A DNA stretch of 64,000 nucleotides from positions 14,942,001-15,006,000 of the forward strand of contig OX597826.1 in assembly GCA_951406725.2 (NCBI GenBank), read 5' to 3'. Under the pieces are notes generated by a model. The model saw only the letters and a program-made list of their open reading frames with translations, ran no database searches and had not been told where the DNA came from. Shown in pieces: positions 37,813 to 52,533 of this stretch. Source of the DNA: Octopus vulgaris. Lineage: Eukaryota. The translations under genes and the position numbers were made by a program. Every line of letters begins with the position of its first letter. Within the stretch, counting starts at the first letter, position 1.

Positions 37813-37815
<3 letters not shown>
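37281..37815 (+). mobile_element. Short Penelope-pLTR-like element with inverted and direct terminal segments
   Basis: 35-bp inverted repeat 37281-37315/37689-37723; 25-bp direct repeat 37320-37344/37791-37815; embedded in (TA)n; carries a hammerhead-like motif. Confidence 0.6.
37496..37594 (+). ncRNA. Type I hammerhead ribozyme-like motif
   Basis: Stem I TCTTTA/TAAAGA, core CCGACGA (U4C), stem II GGTGT/ACACC, GAAAC, near-palindromic stem III, GTC cleavage triplet. Confidence 0.65.
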
Positions 37816-37876
<61 letters not shown>

Positions 37877-38499
37877 CGCGCGCGCACACACACATACACG
37901 TACTCACACAAACACACACTCACACATACATATATGCACACACATAGGCTCGCACATACACACGCACACACTAGAAGGTCTGTTGTCTGAAAGTTTCGTT
38001 ATAAAGTTGTGGCTAGCATACCTAATGTCGTAATCTAGTAATTTTAATTAAAATTACCTCCTTCGTAATGCAAATAGTCTTTTTTCTAAATGATTAATTC
38101 TAACTCAAATTGCAAAGGGAGACAGCCCTGATATTTTAATTAACTGAAATTAAATATGGAATGCAGCGGACAGTGAATCTGATATACAGCAATACGTGAC
38201 AACTACGGACATGTTTCGGTAATAATAGACCCATCTGTTAAACAGAGTCTGAAATGATTGTAAATTCTTCGAACGACTTGAGATGTCAAATTCTTTCCAG
38301 AATAAAATGTTACTAATTAAAGAAACGACTGGCGAAAAATATCCACAGAAGCCTGCTTCATGAAAGCTTAATAAGAAGGGGAAGCTGATGCATGTATACA
38401 TACATGATGTAAAGGTCTTGCTCAACTGGTGTGGAGGCCTTCATTCGCGCATCGCAGCTGCACTGAATAAAACATGTTTACAGGATGGAGGGCGAATAA

Positions 38500-39035
38500 G
38501 TTCCATAAAGTAGTTTTCTACATTGAACTATGTTAAAGCGGGTGGATCAATGATGGTTTGCTGTTGCGACGCAGGTATGTCCTGAAGAGACATATGAAGA
38601 GCTCCGTCATCTCTCCAGGCACCTGGGAGGAGAAGGTTCGGCGATGCGAAGAATAGTACAAATTACCGAAGCCCGTAATCCCAGGTATCGAGGAGAAACA
38701 ACAGCGGGAATACGAAAGAGTATCTGTGAGGCGTTATTTCTCCGTGACTTCAAGTAGTTTTACCTGCAGCAGACGTCATCGCTACCTGCAGATGAAGAGC
38801 AGGCCTTGAAGCCCAGAGGTGAGTTTGCCAGAGATGATTACTAAACAAGAACAGTCAACATCGACCTGCCTACGACCGGTTTCTTTCCATGTTTTTTTTT
38901 TCTGTGTCCCTTTCTATAGAAGAGCGTAGGCTCGAAACGTAAGAGACTTTTTTCTATTCCTGAGCGTTATACTAATACATCTGTTTGTTTTGTACCCCAC
39001 CTGTCTTCGTCTTTTGTTTTTTTCGTAAACTCTCC
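38500..39035 (+). mobile_element. Penelope-like 3' remnant with pLTR-like segment
   Basis: Translation RKSICEALFLRDFK resembles the end of Penelope GIY-YIG domains; segment 38870-39035 recurs at 45085-45265; degenerate hammerhead layout at 38910-38945. Confidence 0.45.
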
Positions 39036-39103
<68 letters not shown>

Positions 39104-39774
39104 AATACAACAACGCAAAACGTCCAGACAATTAGGTGATACAAAAAATGACAACAAAACATCCAAACAGACGATATAAAAAAACAAGGACGGGTCATTC
39201 GAAGCTTTGTATCTTCAGTCAAGAACCAAGTCATCCTCACAATTTCGGCTGATTAATGTATGTATATGTAAGTATATATGTATATGTATATGTTTATATG
39301 AATATTTGTTCATATCTTTTATATATATTAAATAATACGTGTATCATGTTTAATATATTAATATTAATATTTTTAAAGTTCCTTATAACCTCTGACAAGG
39401 ACTATGATTATATATATATATAAGTACCCTATTTTTAAATGTCTAAAACATAATTATGTTGACAACTATAGGCAATAAAAATAAAATTAACTACTTTTAG
39501 ACATAGGCTTAAACGGATGTAAGAAGTGATTTTAATGATTTCAATAATTTATATTATGACTTTTAATACTTTGTATTCTTATCTTATATGTATTGAATTA
39601 TAAGATATATATGTATACTACTAAGGTTCTCATTTTGTTAAATGAATAAATAATCCAATATTCTAATATCCGAAAGTTGATGAACAAACTAAATTTGTTT
39701 CTCCATTGTCTTATTTGTATTATAAACATGTATACATATATATATACATATATACATACACACACATATATATT

Positions 39775-40187
39775 CTCTTTTCTCTTTTTCTCTTTTTACT
39801 TGTTTCAGTCATTTGACTGCGGCCATGCTGGAGCACCGCCTTTAATCGAGCAACTCGATCCCGGGACTTATTCTTTGTAAGCCCAGTACTTATTCTATCG
39901 GTGTCTTTTTTGGCGAACCGCTAAGTGACGGGGACGTAAACACACCAGCATCAGTTGTCAAGCGATGCTAGGGGGACAAACACAGACACACAAACACACA
40001 CATATATATATATACATATATACGACAGGCTTCTTTCAGTTTCCGTCTACCAAATCCACTCACAAGGCATTGGTCGGCCCGGGTCTATAGCAGAAGACAC
40101 TTGCCCAAGATGCCACGCAGTGGGACTGAACCCGGAACAATGTGGTTGGTTAGCAAGCTACTTACCACACAGCCACTCCTGCGCCTA
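39775..40187 (-). mobile_element. SINE family 2, full length
   Basis: Complete head GGCGCAGGAGTGGCTGTGTGGTAAG through tail on the minus strand. Confidence 0.85.
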
Positions 40188-40460
40188 TATATATATTTTT
40201 TATATAAAATATATATATATTTTTTTTTAATATTTATGTAATTAGATATAGACTATTACCGATATTAGATTATTGGTGGGTTTCCTACCTTATAAATTAA
40301 AATTAATATTTAACATTATAATCGATTTTGATATAATCATAATTGTAAAGTTTTAAGTTTCTAGTTTAATAATAGAGTTTATTATAAGTAAAATTATTAT
40401 ATTATTTTTATCTTGAAAATATTGTTTAAATATTTCTGATTATAATTAAAATATTTCAAA

Positions 40461-40557
40461 TAACCTGAAGATTGACTGTAACCATAACTCGAATTATTAA
40501 TTGAATTTAAATTATAGTTATCCGAATTGGTACAGCCATGAAACGATCGTAGTGTTT
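40461..40557 (+). ncRNA. Degenerate type I hammerhead-like motif
   Basis: CTGAAGA, stem II TGACTGTA/TACAGCCA, then GAAAC-GATC-GTA with palindromic stem III; stem I weak. Confidence 0.45.
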
Positions 40558-40607
40558 TACTCTTTATCTTTTATTAAACTTTTAATACTTTTGATATTTA
40601 AAAAAAA

Positions 40608-40684
<77 letters not shown>

Positions 40685-40713
40685 TAAATAAATAATTAAT
40701 TAATAAAATAATA

Positions 40714-40744
<31 letters not shown>

Positions 40745-40959
40745 TAAATTAATTAATTAATAAAATAATAATATATAAACATAAAAATATACATACATAC
40801 ATATATATATATATAGTTGTATATATATATAAAATTTATAAGTTTAAATTATTTAAATAATTTTTTATTTTTAACTTTTATATTTTTAAATTAATTATAT
40901 GTTTTGGCTTATGTTTTTCACTGTTTGATTTGCCTAATAGTGGTTCTATCTCTAATTTA

Positions 40960-40997
<38 letters not shown>

Positions 40998-41218
40998 CAT
41001 ATGAATATATATATATATATATATACATACATGTATAAATATGTATATACATATATAAATATGTATATATATATATAGATATACATGTATATGTATATAT
41101 ACATATATATATATATACAATATATTTAATATATATATATATATACATATATAAATATGTATATATATATATAGATATACATGTATATGTATATATACAT
41201 ATATATATATACAATATA

Positions 41219-41269
<51 letters not shown>

Positions 41270-41569
41270 TATGCTTCCATTTCCTGAGCGCCTATTAATA
41301 ATAATACTGTAATTGTTCCATATAGATTAAAATTATATATATATATATGTATATATACACATATATACATATATGTACATGTACATATATATAATTTATG
41401 TGTTATAGGTTATGCTTACAGTCTAAGGGATAAATGTATCCGTATGCTTTACTGGTGTATTACCTCACTATGTACAGACCTTGCTGTACTGTTAACAGTA
41501 GTTGCTAATTTAAATGGTAAACCGTCGTGGAATATATTCAGACAAGAAAAGAAATGGAGCAAACAGTTA

Positions 41570-43556
41570 ACAATTAGAAGTTGATTACTGGTATTAAAAG
41601 GTCATAGTTTAATTGTAGTTAAAAAAAACATTTTTCAGCTGTTTCAGTTTGTTATTTTTGAAATAAATTTGCATTTATCTCGTTCCATTTAACGAACGTC
41701 GTCAGAAGGATCAAGAGAAAAGGAAAAGAAAAAAAGAAGGAAGGAAAATCTTCGTTAAGTCTTACATTTTGTGCTTACAATTTTGTGTCCTTTAAGGTTC
41801 CACGTGTGTGTATATTTCTTCAATTAGATGAATGGAGCAATAAGTGAGGAAAATGACTAGGTGACCGGCGGTGTTAGTTGAAAGAGTAATACCTGGTAGT
41901 AATATCCTGTGTTGTTTATTGTAATAAATAACACCGTTTGAGACCGCTAGATAAGTCCCTATGATGGCAAATAATACCCTTGTTGAAAATTAAGGATGCT
42001 AAAGAACCAATAACGTCCCCGTTAGTAATTATAATACCAAGGTAAATAGAATAAATGAATCGAAATGGAGCAAGACTACCAAAGCTGATAGTACAATAGA
42101 AAAAGAAGAAGAATTATAATTATAAATTTACGATCTACAGCAATACTGAGGGCATTCTTTACACCTAAAACAAAAATATTGAAAATAGCAAATGGAATAA
42201 GGATAGCATCTGGCTGATAATCCCCTTCGCGATATAAACTAAAAACGAATATAGTTAAATCTATAATGAAACTTATAAATAAGCCCTTCAATATGAATAC
42301 GAAATACTCAGAAATCTTTAGCAATAAAATTAGAGTGGGCCATAAACTAACTAGCAACCAAGCTACTATTATAGCCTCTATCAAAAATAAAAACTAGATT
42401 CCTTCTATGAAACTAAGAAGAATAACAATAAAAAGCACAACAACTAATCGATTGATATAATAAGTGATCCCCCAAATAACCTACCCTCTAAAAATTCGGG
42501 CAAACATCTTATAAATGATAATCCCCTCCACCATATCATATACAGATAATCTTACTAATCTATATGGTTGCAGAGATAAAAATGCTTGTGAATTCTTGAA
42601 TAAATATAAAATTAAAAATATAATCTACCAATGTGATGTATTCTCCAAGAATTCCACGATAACTTATATAGGTACAACTAAAAATGAAATGAAACTTAGA
42701 TATAATTCCCATCTCTCAGGTTTCAGAAATAGAAATAAAGCCAACTCTACCGGATTAAATAGTAACACCTCGGAACTTAAAGATAATAACATTAATTACA
42801 GATTAGAATGGCGCATCCTAGCCAAAACGTTTTCATATAACCTTTAAAATAATCGCTGAGAAATTCTACATTTTGATGGCCTAATCAGAATTACTTAATA
42901 AAACGACACGAGAAATATACAACAGGCCTACATAAAGATAAATTCTTATTCTCTAAATACCGCTAATACCTACATTACAGGTTATTAGCTGACCTGTCTA
43001 ACATCTGATTACCCCTCCTGACCCCCCTCACCATAGAGCATGATTTAATATCACATCACAATTAAATGAAATTACCCCCAAATAACTGATTTATCGTAAC
43101 TGTACGATGTACACCTGGAGCTATAATTCTCTTTAATATATTCATATTAAAGTTAGATCACTGACAAACATACTAATTGATAGGGCAGCCACTAACATGA
43201 ACACGATTAAATGAGCGATTTATCCTATTCAAGCCGACTCTATTGGTTTTAATTATATTAACGAGTAGATAGCCCGCACCGCACATAAAAACATCTTTAT
43301 CTATTTATTTATATATCTATTATGCTTTTTCGTAACCCGAATTTATACCGTATATCGCACTTAAACTTTTAAGAGTATCCTTTTTTTTTAACAAGAGCAT
43401 CCTTAATTTTTAATTATTTGCTATCATAGGGACTTATCTAGCAGTCTCAAGCAGCGTTATTTATTACAATTAACGACACCGGATATTACTACCAAGTATA
43501 ACTCTTTCAACGAACGCCACCGGTCACCTAGTCATTTTCCCTACTTATTACTCCAC
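41570..43556 (+). mobile_element. Penelope-like element remnant with inverted pseudo-LTR
   Basis: 41834-42000 is the diverged reverse complement of 43396-43554, bracketing a GIY-YIG ORF. Confidence 0.8.
42515..42847 (+). pseudogene. GIY-YIG endonuclease fragment of a Penelope-like element
   Basis: NIIYQC...TYIGTTKNEMKLRYNSH...LEWRILAK. Confidence 0.8.
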
Positions 43557-43729
43557 AAGGACACAAAAATGGTAGTGTGTTTACGTCCCCGTAACTTAGC
43601 GGTTCGGCAAAAGGGCCCGATAGAATAAGTACTAGGCTTACAAACAGTAAGTCGTCCGGGGTCGATGTGTTCGACTAAAAAGCAGTGCTCCAGCATGGCC
43701 GCAGTGAAATGACTGAAACAAGTAAAAGA

Positions 43730-43796
<67 letters not shown>

Positions 43797-43901
43797 CGTG
43801 ATTGACCGGGCGATCAGATGTTGCTACACATCGCTGGTCACAATGCGCTTCGCATTGTTTTAGCCTTCAAATGATGCCACTCCGCAGGCTAAGCGAGCAG
43901 G

Positions 43902-44436
<535 letters not shown>

Positions 44437-44489
44437 ATGTATGTATGTGTGTGTGTGTACAGAGAAGTAGAGAGAGAAAGAGAGAGAGA

Positions 44490-44711
44490 AGGTGATTAGG
44501 TTATTAGACTGCTGTTATGCAGGGCACCGCTGTGACGAATTTTAGTCGAACGAATCGACCCCAGTACTTATTTACAATTTTTTTTTTCAAGCGTGCTACT
44601 TATCTATCGGTCTCTTTTGCCGAACCGCTAACTTACGGGGACGTAGAAACAGAAAGGCCGGACGTCAAGTGATGGTAGACACACACACACACACAGACAC
44701 ACACACACACA

Positions 44712-44772
<61 letters not shown>

Positions 44773-44945
44773 GTACACGCATGCACACACACACACATAT
44801 ATTTTATAGTACAGGCTTCTTTCAGTTTCCGCCTACATAGTGCAGCCTGAGACTATATTAAAAGACACTTGCACAGGGTGCCACGCAGCAAAACTGAACC
44901 CAGAACAATTTGGCGAGGGAGAAAACTTCTTTCCACATAGCTATG
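44490..44945 (-). mobile_element. SINE family 2, diverged, with expanded (CA)n
   Basis: Family 2 landmarks CGAACCGCTAA.TTACGGGGACGTA and GTGCCACGCAG. Confidence 0.65.
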
Positions 44946-45267
44946 ATTATATATATATATAAGTATGTATGTATGTATGTATGTATGTATGTATGTATGT
45001 ATGTATGTATGTATGTATGTATGTATGTATGTATGTTTGTATGTATATATGTAAATATGTATGTGTGTGTGTCATTCATTCGCCATGCTGGACCAACGAA
45101 ATCTACAAGTTTTTTCATTCTCTGTTTATTTTCTCTTATTCCTTTCTGTTGAAGCGCTAAGGCACGAAACGTAAAAGATTTTTTTCATTTTCCGGAGCGT
45201 CAAACTAATACCATGGCTTATTGTTCATACACCTCTCTTCGTCTTTTGCTTTTGTTCTATTAATTCC

Positions 45268-45350
<83 letters not shown>

Positions 45351-45352
45351 CA

Positions 45353-45485
<133 letters not shown>

Positions 45486-45545
45486 GTGCGTGTGTGTGTA
45501 TATATATATATATACACAGACACATATATAACGTGCATATATATA

Positions 45546-45582
<37 letters not shown>

Positions 45583-45919
45583 GACACATAAACATGTATA
45601 TTTATACTAGTATATACACATATTACTACACATGTGTGTAAGTGCGTGGGCGTGTGTTGGATTTCTAGAAAAACACACCTGAACACCTGTGCCGTATTGC
45701 GAGCCTTCAATATAATCTTCACTGAGTCATAACAACACTTGATTCTCCGTTGTAGATCAACAGGCCACACATGCATTTTACCCCGACAAAGGCTTCATAG
45801 GACAAAAGCGATGTTACAACCATCAGCGAGATCCCCCCCATCTAGTGGGATTGATGACGTGTCGGCGATACTATTAGCGATGCTGTGGGTATCATGCCAT
45901 TCTATAGAGAAGATAAATC

Positions 45920-46366
45920 GGATCTTTTCGGTTTGAATGGCAGTTTTTAACATAATTTCTAGGTAATTAAAACATTTTCAACTTCGTATACTGGTAGAAT
46001 GTGTTTATAAAACATCTTTTTCTCTTGGCTTTATTGAGAAAATTCTATAGTTTGTAAGATATTTGTTGTTTTCTTTTTCTTCAATTTCTGCAATTTCAAC
46101 CAATCAGTGACGTCTATTGAGTTAAAAAGCATTCTGTGCCGTATGAATATGTCCCTCGTTTAAGAAACAGATTGGGTTTATTTACATTTGTGAAGAAAAA
46201 AGGATACCCTTCCCCCCACTCCTAACCCTAACCCTAACTCAAACTAACCCTAACCCTAACCCAAACTAACCCTAACCCTAAAAGAGATTGAAATGCAATA
46301 AATCGATTCTAGGGTCATAATTAAGGGTAACAATTTCATATGACACCGCTAGAAAAAACTGCCGTT
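45920..46366. mobile_element. Merlin-like MITE, family B, copy 3 (right TIR truncated)
   Basis: Left TIR and body match copy 1; longer CCCTAA array at 46220-46280. Confidence 0.85.
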
Positions 46367-46886
46367 ATGGAAGGAATGTGTGTGTGTGTGTGTGTTTGTT
46401 TGTGTGTGAGTATGTGTGTGTGTGTGTGTGTCTGTGTCTGTGTTTGTCCCGCTACCATCTCTTGAAAACTGATGGTGGTGTGCTTGAGTCCCCGTAACTT
46501 AGCGGTTCGGCAAAAGAAACCAATAGAATAAGTACTAGGCTTACAAAGAATAAGAACTGGGTTCGATTTGCTCGACTAAAAAGGCAGTACTCCAGCATGG
46601 CCGCAGTCAAATGGCTGAAACAAATAAAAGAATAGACAGTCTATCCGAGAGTTTTATTATGGGACAAAAAAAGACTTATATATTCGTTTATCTGCCATCC
46701 AGCTTCCTATTTTGTGTGTGTGTGTGTATGTGTGTGTAGTGCGTACATACATGCATACATAAATACATACATACATATATGCATACATTCATACATACAT
46801 ACATATATGTATACATACATACATTCATAATACATACATACATACATACATACATTGATACATACATACATACATATATACATACA

Positions 46887-46917
<31 letters not shown>

Positions 46918-48906
46918 TCATTCGTGTTTCGATGTAAAAATGCCAAGCGCTCCAAATACACTAATTAGAAATATGTAATGTTTTAAACAAGTGTTATAAA
47001 ACATTGATTTCCTTCATACCGAAAAGTTTCGTACGGATATTTAAATGTATTTGTCCAGGAGTCTGATGAAAATGCTTTGCGCGTTATGCCTGTGTCCTAC
47101 ATACAACATGACTCTTATATTTCAATAGCCATTATATTTGTATTTGCCTGTGAGCAATATCCTCACCATCACCGCTTTACCCACTGCCTGGCTATGGACT
47201 CCATATGTCTGTCATGTCCCGAACTAGAGTTTTTTATCATATATCACCATTGACCTGTGATGTTGGAGCTCTCATAGTCAAACAATCTATGAATATATAC
47301 ACTCTATCTTCTGTACGTTGAGACCTACTAATCATTACTTACACTGCCTTAAAAATCATGCACCAATTGCACGCAGAGTGGGATATAATAATTTTGTCTC
47401 TTTCAATAGCACAAAACATTTAATAATACCCGTTACAGATGCAGGTGTAAAAGTGATAAAAAGGAATCTTCCACGCCACCAAAACTAATTTGAAACCATT
47501 ATTTTGGTAAGTTTTGATATGATATGAATTGAAATTATTTGGGGTTTCAATTTGTTTTTCATCCTTCAAGGGTCAACATAATCCAATATGGAAACAAGTG
47601 AGTCGATACCATCGATTGTCCTTTCTACCACAATGTATGGCATTGTGCCTATGTTTGAGACTATATCTCGCTACAACCGACAAAATAAGTACTAGGCTTA
47701 CAAATAATAAGTCCTGGGGTCGATTTGCTCGACTAAAAGCGGTGCTCCAGCATGGCCGCAGTCAAATGACTGAAACAAGTAAAAGAGTAAAGAGAGAGAG
47801 TATCTCTTTGATCAGGGTTGACCCAGTGCTAAATAATAACAACAACAAGAGCGTCATCATCATCATCATCATCATCATCATCACACCACTACCACTACTT
47901 CCAACTATAGACCAAGCAACGGAAGAAATCTGTCAGTGGTCACTCAACTTTCTAGAAATAGCAACAAAATCCTCCTCAAATCAAACACTATTCCGTCTGT
48001 AAAATATATATATATATATATATAATCCTTGATACGCCATGAATGGTTATGGTTTGAGTGGATTAAATCATAGAAAATTCTCGATTAAAACTAACTTGGG
48101 GGTCAAGCACCACTACCGTTGCCTTCGTCGGCAGAAGCAGCAGTCAGCTTCAATCAGATCAGCTTTCAAAGATTTGCATGACTGTCCATCCTTTGATCTG
48201 CTATAACAGAAATAGTTGTGTTTGACTTTCAGTTGACCACTGGACGTCAATAGATCATATGTAAACACTGGCCATAGTAGCTTACACTCGGCTTTTGTAT
48301 TAAGCCTTTCATCACTGACCCATGACTAGTTCTCTCTCTCTCTCTCTCTCCCTCTCTCTCTTTCTCTCTCTCCCTCTCTCTCTTTCTCTTTACCTTTACA
48401 TATAATAAATATATGTTGAGTCAGTGTATCTGTGTGCCTGACTGTATTCATCTCTGCGTATCGCGCGTGTGTATATGTGAGTGAAAGAAGAAAGTGTCCG
48501 AGCGAATGTATGTATGTATGTGTGTACTGTTGTAGTAGAAATGTCGATGCTGACCAAACGAAGCCACGGCCGAAGGCTTTCCAACCACGAACATTCAGTC
48601 TTTTGAGGATAATCTCTGAGATTTGCTTTTAAGACGGCGAAAGGTGATTCGAGGGATGTTAGGCTGTTGTTACTCAGGTATCAAGACGCACTAGAAATAG
48701 CAGCTGTGTTCGTAGTAGGAGCATCTACGACCATTTACATTCGCTCTCACTACTTTGTGTAAGTGCAGAGTACATATGATGCTGCTTGAAGTTAGAATGT
48801 CGTTGCGAGAGGAGATTCTGACATGATAACTTGGATAATTTAGGTAATTTATGGACAATGTATTTTTGTTAGAGATTGAAAGGGAAAGCGCGCGCGTGAG
48901 ATGGGG

Positions 48907-48960
<54 letters not shown>

Positions 48961-49109
48961 CAGAGAGAGAGAGACATTGAGGAGAGAGATATGTTTGCCT
49001 ACAAGAATATTGATAAAATATCTGAAGCGCTTGGTGAAATCTTTTCGATGCGTCCAAAATTTGTTTACTGTCAAAGAAAGGCAGCGTGCTTTCAAGTTAG
49101 TCTATTCGC

Positions 49110-49435
49110 AAGCCATGAAGTAGTGTGCTTAAGAGGTTGGGGTTCTCAGCTCACGATCTTTATATCGTGACTTCGATTTCAGGCGACGCACTGTCGGCTT
49201 GAGCAAGACGTCATTCCATATTACTCTACACCACTCACCTGGCAAAAATGAGTTGTACCTGCAATTCAAAGGACCAGCCTTATCTCATTCTGTTTCACGC
49301 TGAATCTCCTTGAAAACTACGTAAACATTACGAGTGTCTGTGGAGTGTTCAGTCACTTCCAAGTTAATTTCCCGAGCAGGCTGTTCCGTTAATAAAATCA
49401 ACTGGAACACTCTTCGTCGTAACCGACGAAGAACC
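49110..49435 (+). mobile_element. Probable third SINE family
   Basis: Degenerate tRNA-like head, TTGAGCAAGAC core-like motif, tail ending CGTCGTAACCGACG. Confidence 0.45.
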
Positions 49436-49603
49436 GAGTTCGCAAGCTATTATTTTACACACTATTTTCTTACACGAATTACATTTTCATTTAAATGTTT
49501 TCCCTCTTTCCTGATTGTGTCGTTAGATTTGAATATTTTTCTCGCTCCATGGCCGCAAGCAGAATCTTTCGTAAAGTAAATCGATAGCTGATAAGCTAAA
49601 GGA

Positions 49604-49730
49604 GATCTTTTCGGTTTGAACGGCAGTTTTTTCTAGCGGTGTCATATGAAATTGTCACCCATAATTATGACCCTAGTATCGATCTATTGCATTTCAATCT
49701 GTTTTAGGGTTAGGGTTAGAGCTGGGGGGG
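49604..49730. mobile_element. Merlin-like MITE, family B, copy 4 (fragment)
   Basis: One TIR plus body up to TTAGGGTTAGGGTTAG and a G run. Confidence 0.8.
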
Positions 49731-51219
49731 GGGAGCTCTGGGGGAATGCCGAGTGTCAGAACAAAAGCACGTGTCATTCTAGCTGACGTTACGACCATGT
49801 GCCACTTCACCTGTATTTGAATGAGTTAGTGACTTTAGGTTGATATATTGAACATCATTTAAGAACAAGAAAAACTGTTATATTCACGTTTCGATGATTT
49901 TCTTCCTAGCACTGTCTACTATAAAGGACTTCGGTACTCATTCACAACTTTGGTTGCTGATACACTTACGCTGCTCCTGGAATTGATGAAGTGGACTACT
50001 GTTATTGACTAGTTTGTGGTAGAGTGATCAAAGTTCTCAATATTTTATAGTTGACTGTGCTTTCAATAAATAAATAAATTTGAATTTCTGTGTATTCTTA
50101 AATGGCTACATTGATTCTTCCACAATGTAGTTGTCTGGTTGTATATCATTCGTTTGCGTGTGCGTTTCTGTTTGTGTGTGTGTGTGTGACGCAGATATCT
50201 ATCGATGAAAGATGTAAACATAGGCAAGGAAACCGAAAAGCTAGTGGTTTTCGATCGCAGTCCCCTACAATATTTGTTCTGCGCTGAGTTACAAGTACTC
50301 CTTTGTCACTGCCATGGCCCAAAGTGTAAGGAGCCTGTAGTTGACCTGATGGAAATTTTTGATTAATGACATTCTTTGATATCAATAGTGATACAAATTT
50401 AAATTCAATCAACTAATTTAGGACTTATTACAAATCATTGGAATAGTCAGATTCGCCCCTACATCCTTTACAGAAGATATTGTTTACTTTTTAGTGACTT
50501 AATACTTCAACCAATGTAAGCCCACCACCACTATTTCTCATTTCGTTTCTATCAACAAGACTTGTTACTAATTTACTTTTGTTTTTCTTTATGATTCTTA
50601 TCAGACTTACCACGAAACAGAGTTTCATTAATTACCTATTCCGACCACCTGCTTGAAGGTTTTTAAATTTCCTTCGGATGTTTTCAAATTATCTACATTG
50701 ATGTAATTTTGATAACGAAAATCACACATTTTGTTTCCAAAAATTAATAAAAGAATTTACAAGCATTTTGAATTGTTACTTTAGTCAATAGGAATATTCC
50801 TTTGCCGGATATAGCGGAAGTCACGACTGCTTGTCCCCATGGAGATAGCACACATGACACCTTTACGTGATCTCTCGAACTGCAAGAAATAGCAGGCAAA
50901 ATATTCCTTAAAGCATCGAACTCACGACCCTTAAACGCTTACTTTACCCCACAGATATTACTTGTACTTTCTCTTTTCCTATAAGAAAACTGTAAGCAAA
51001 ATTTAAAAACGAAAAAATTAGTAACCAGCCAGTTGTTTCTCTACCACCAAACTTTGTGCTTGGAGGTCCATGAGGAAAAGTTTACATCCGTGGAGCGATT
51101 TTAAAAAATCTAGTAAAATGTTGTAATACTTCAAGTGCTTAGTAGAAATTTAACGAGATCCCAGAAAGCAAACAGCGAGAGCAAATACTGCAAGACATTT
51201 TGATGCTTTAACAGTTTTG

Positions 51220-51634
51220 GGATCTTTTCGGTTTGAACGACAGTTTTTTCTAGCGGTGTCATATGAAATTGTTACCCATAATTATGACCCTAGAATCGAT
51301 CTATTGCATTTCAATCTCTTTTAGGGTTAGGGTTAGGGGTGGGAGAAGGGTATCTTTTGTTTCTTCAGAAATGTAAATAAACCCAATCTGTTTCTTAAAC
51401 GAGGGACATATTCATACGGCACAGAATGCTTTTTAACTCAATAGACGTTACTGATTGGTTGAAATTGCAGAAATTGAAGAAAAAAACCCAAATATCTTAC
51501 AAACTATAGAATTTTCTCAATAAAGACAAGAGAAAAAGATGTTTTATAAACACATTCTACCAGTATACGAAGTTTAAAATTTGTTAGTTACCCAGAAATT
51601 ATGTTAAAAACTGCCGTTCAAACCGAAAAGATCC
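51220..51634. mobile_element. Merlin-like MITE, family B, copy 5
   Basis: Complete TIRs; perfect 8-bp TSD CAGTTTTG. Confidence 0.9.
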
Positions 51635-51971
51635 CAGTTTTGTCGATCCATCGTCCTGGATTGGTACTTAAAGCTATGAAAGATGTAAGTTCATAGCAAC
51701 TCAGAGCGTAAAAAGCCGAAACAAGTACCGCGAGTTATTTTATCCTACTCATTAACTACTCGTAAATGAAAAGTAAAATCTTTAGTTTGAGATATGGCGA
51801 AAATATGACCAGATTTCGAATGGCTGAAAATGGGAGCTTACCAGTTTATTGTTGCTTAAATATCGACAAACAAAAAGCCGGAACATTTTCTTATTTTGTT
51901 ACTGTTGCCTGCTTACTAAAAATACTATTTTGCTTGAATTAGGAATGTACTGAATAAACCCCAACTCAACT

Positions 51972-52291
51972 CATTAACAATGAAATCTTAAAAAGAAATT
52001 TCTGTTGGTTCTTAGCTTTAACGTGTGTAAAAAACAGGGAATGGTTATAGGCCAAAAAGCAGTTAGTAGTTCTGGACGGAAGTAAAGTAACAAAGAGAGT
52101 TTCAATAAAGAAAAATTGATATGCTCTGTTGAAAATGTTAAGAACATTTTCATTAACAATGAAACCTTAAAAAATAAATTTCTGTTGATTCCTAGCTTTA
52201 ACGAGTGTAAAAAATAAAGAGTGGGAATGGTTACAAAAAACAGTTAGTAGTTCTGGACGGAAGTAAAGTAACAATGAGAGTTTCAATAAAG
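51972..52291. repeat. Diverged direct duplication, about 140-bp unit at 179-bp spacing
   Basis: CATTAACAATGAAA...CAGTTAGTAGTTCTGGACGGAAGTAAAGTAACAA...GAGAGTTTCAATAAAG at 51972 and 52151. Confidence 0.85.
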
Positions 52292-52533
52292 GAAATGTTC
52301 GAATTTGCCTTCCCATAGAAACATTTATCTAGTCAACAATATCTGGCGAATGACCACCCATCAAATTGAGCGTTTTTATATCTGCCTTTTTTGTGGGTAT
52401 CTTCTACTACGATCGGATAAGATTGTTTTTACATATATAAAGATTTTAAGGCAAGAATAATTCAATCTTAAAATTTAAAGTTTCAATTGTATTCCATAGG
52501 TTTTGTTAAATTTCTTTCAGCTTTTATTTTAAA

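Noticed and set aside
42076-42384. Hydrophobic 102-aa ORF
   Set aside because: Antisense to the A-rich Penelope-like coding remnant
47130-47420. Possible minus-strand LINE endonuclease remnant (RAPTSQ motif)
   Set aside because: Too decayed to support a call without a search
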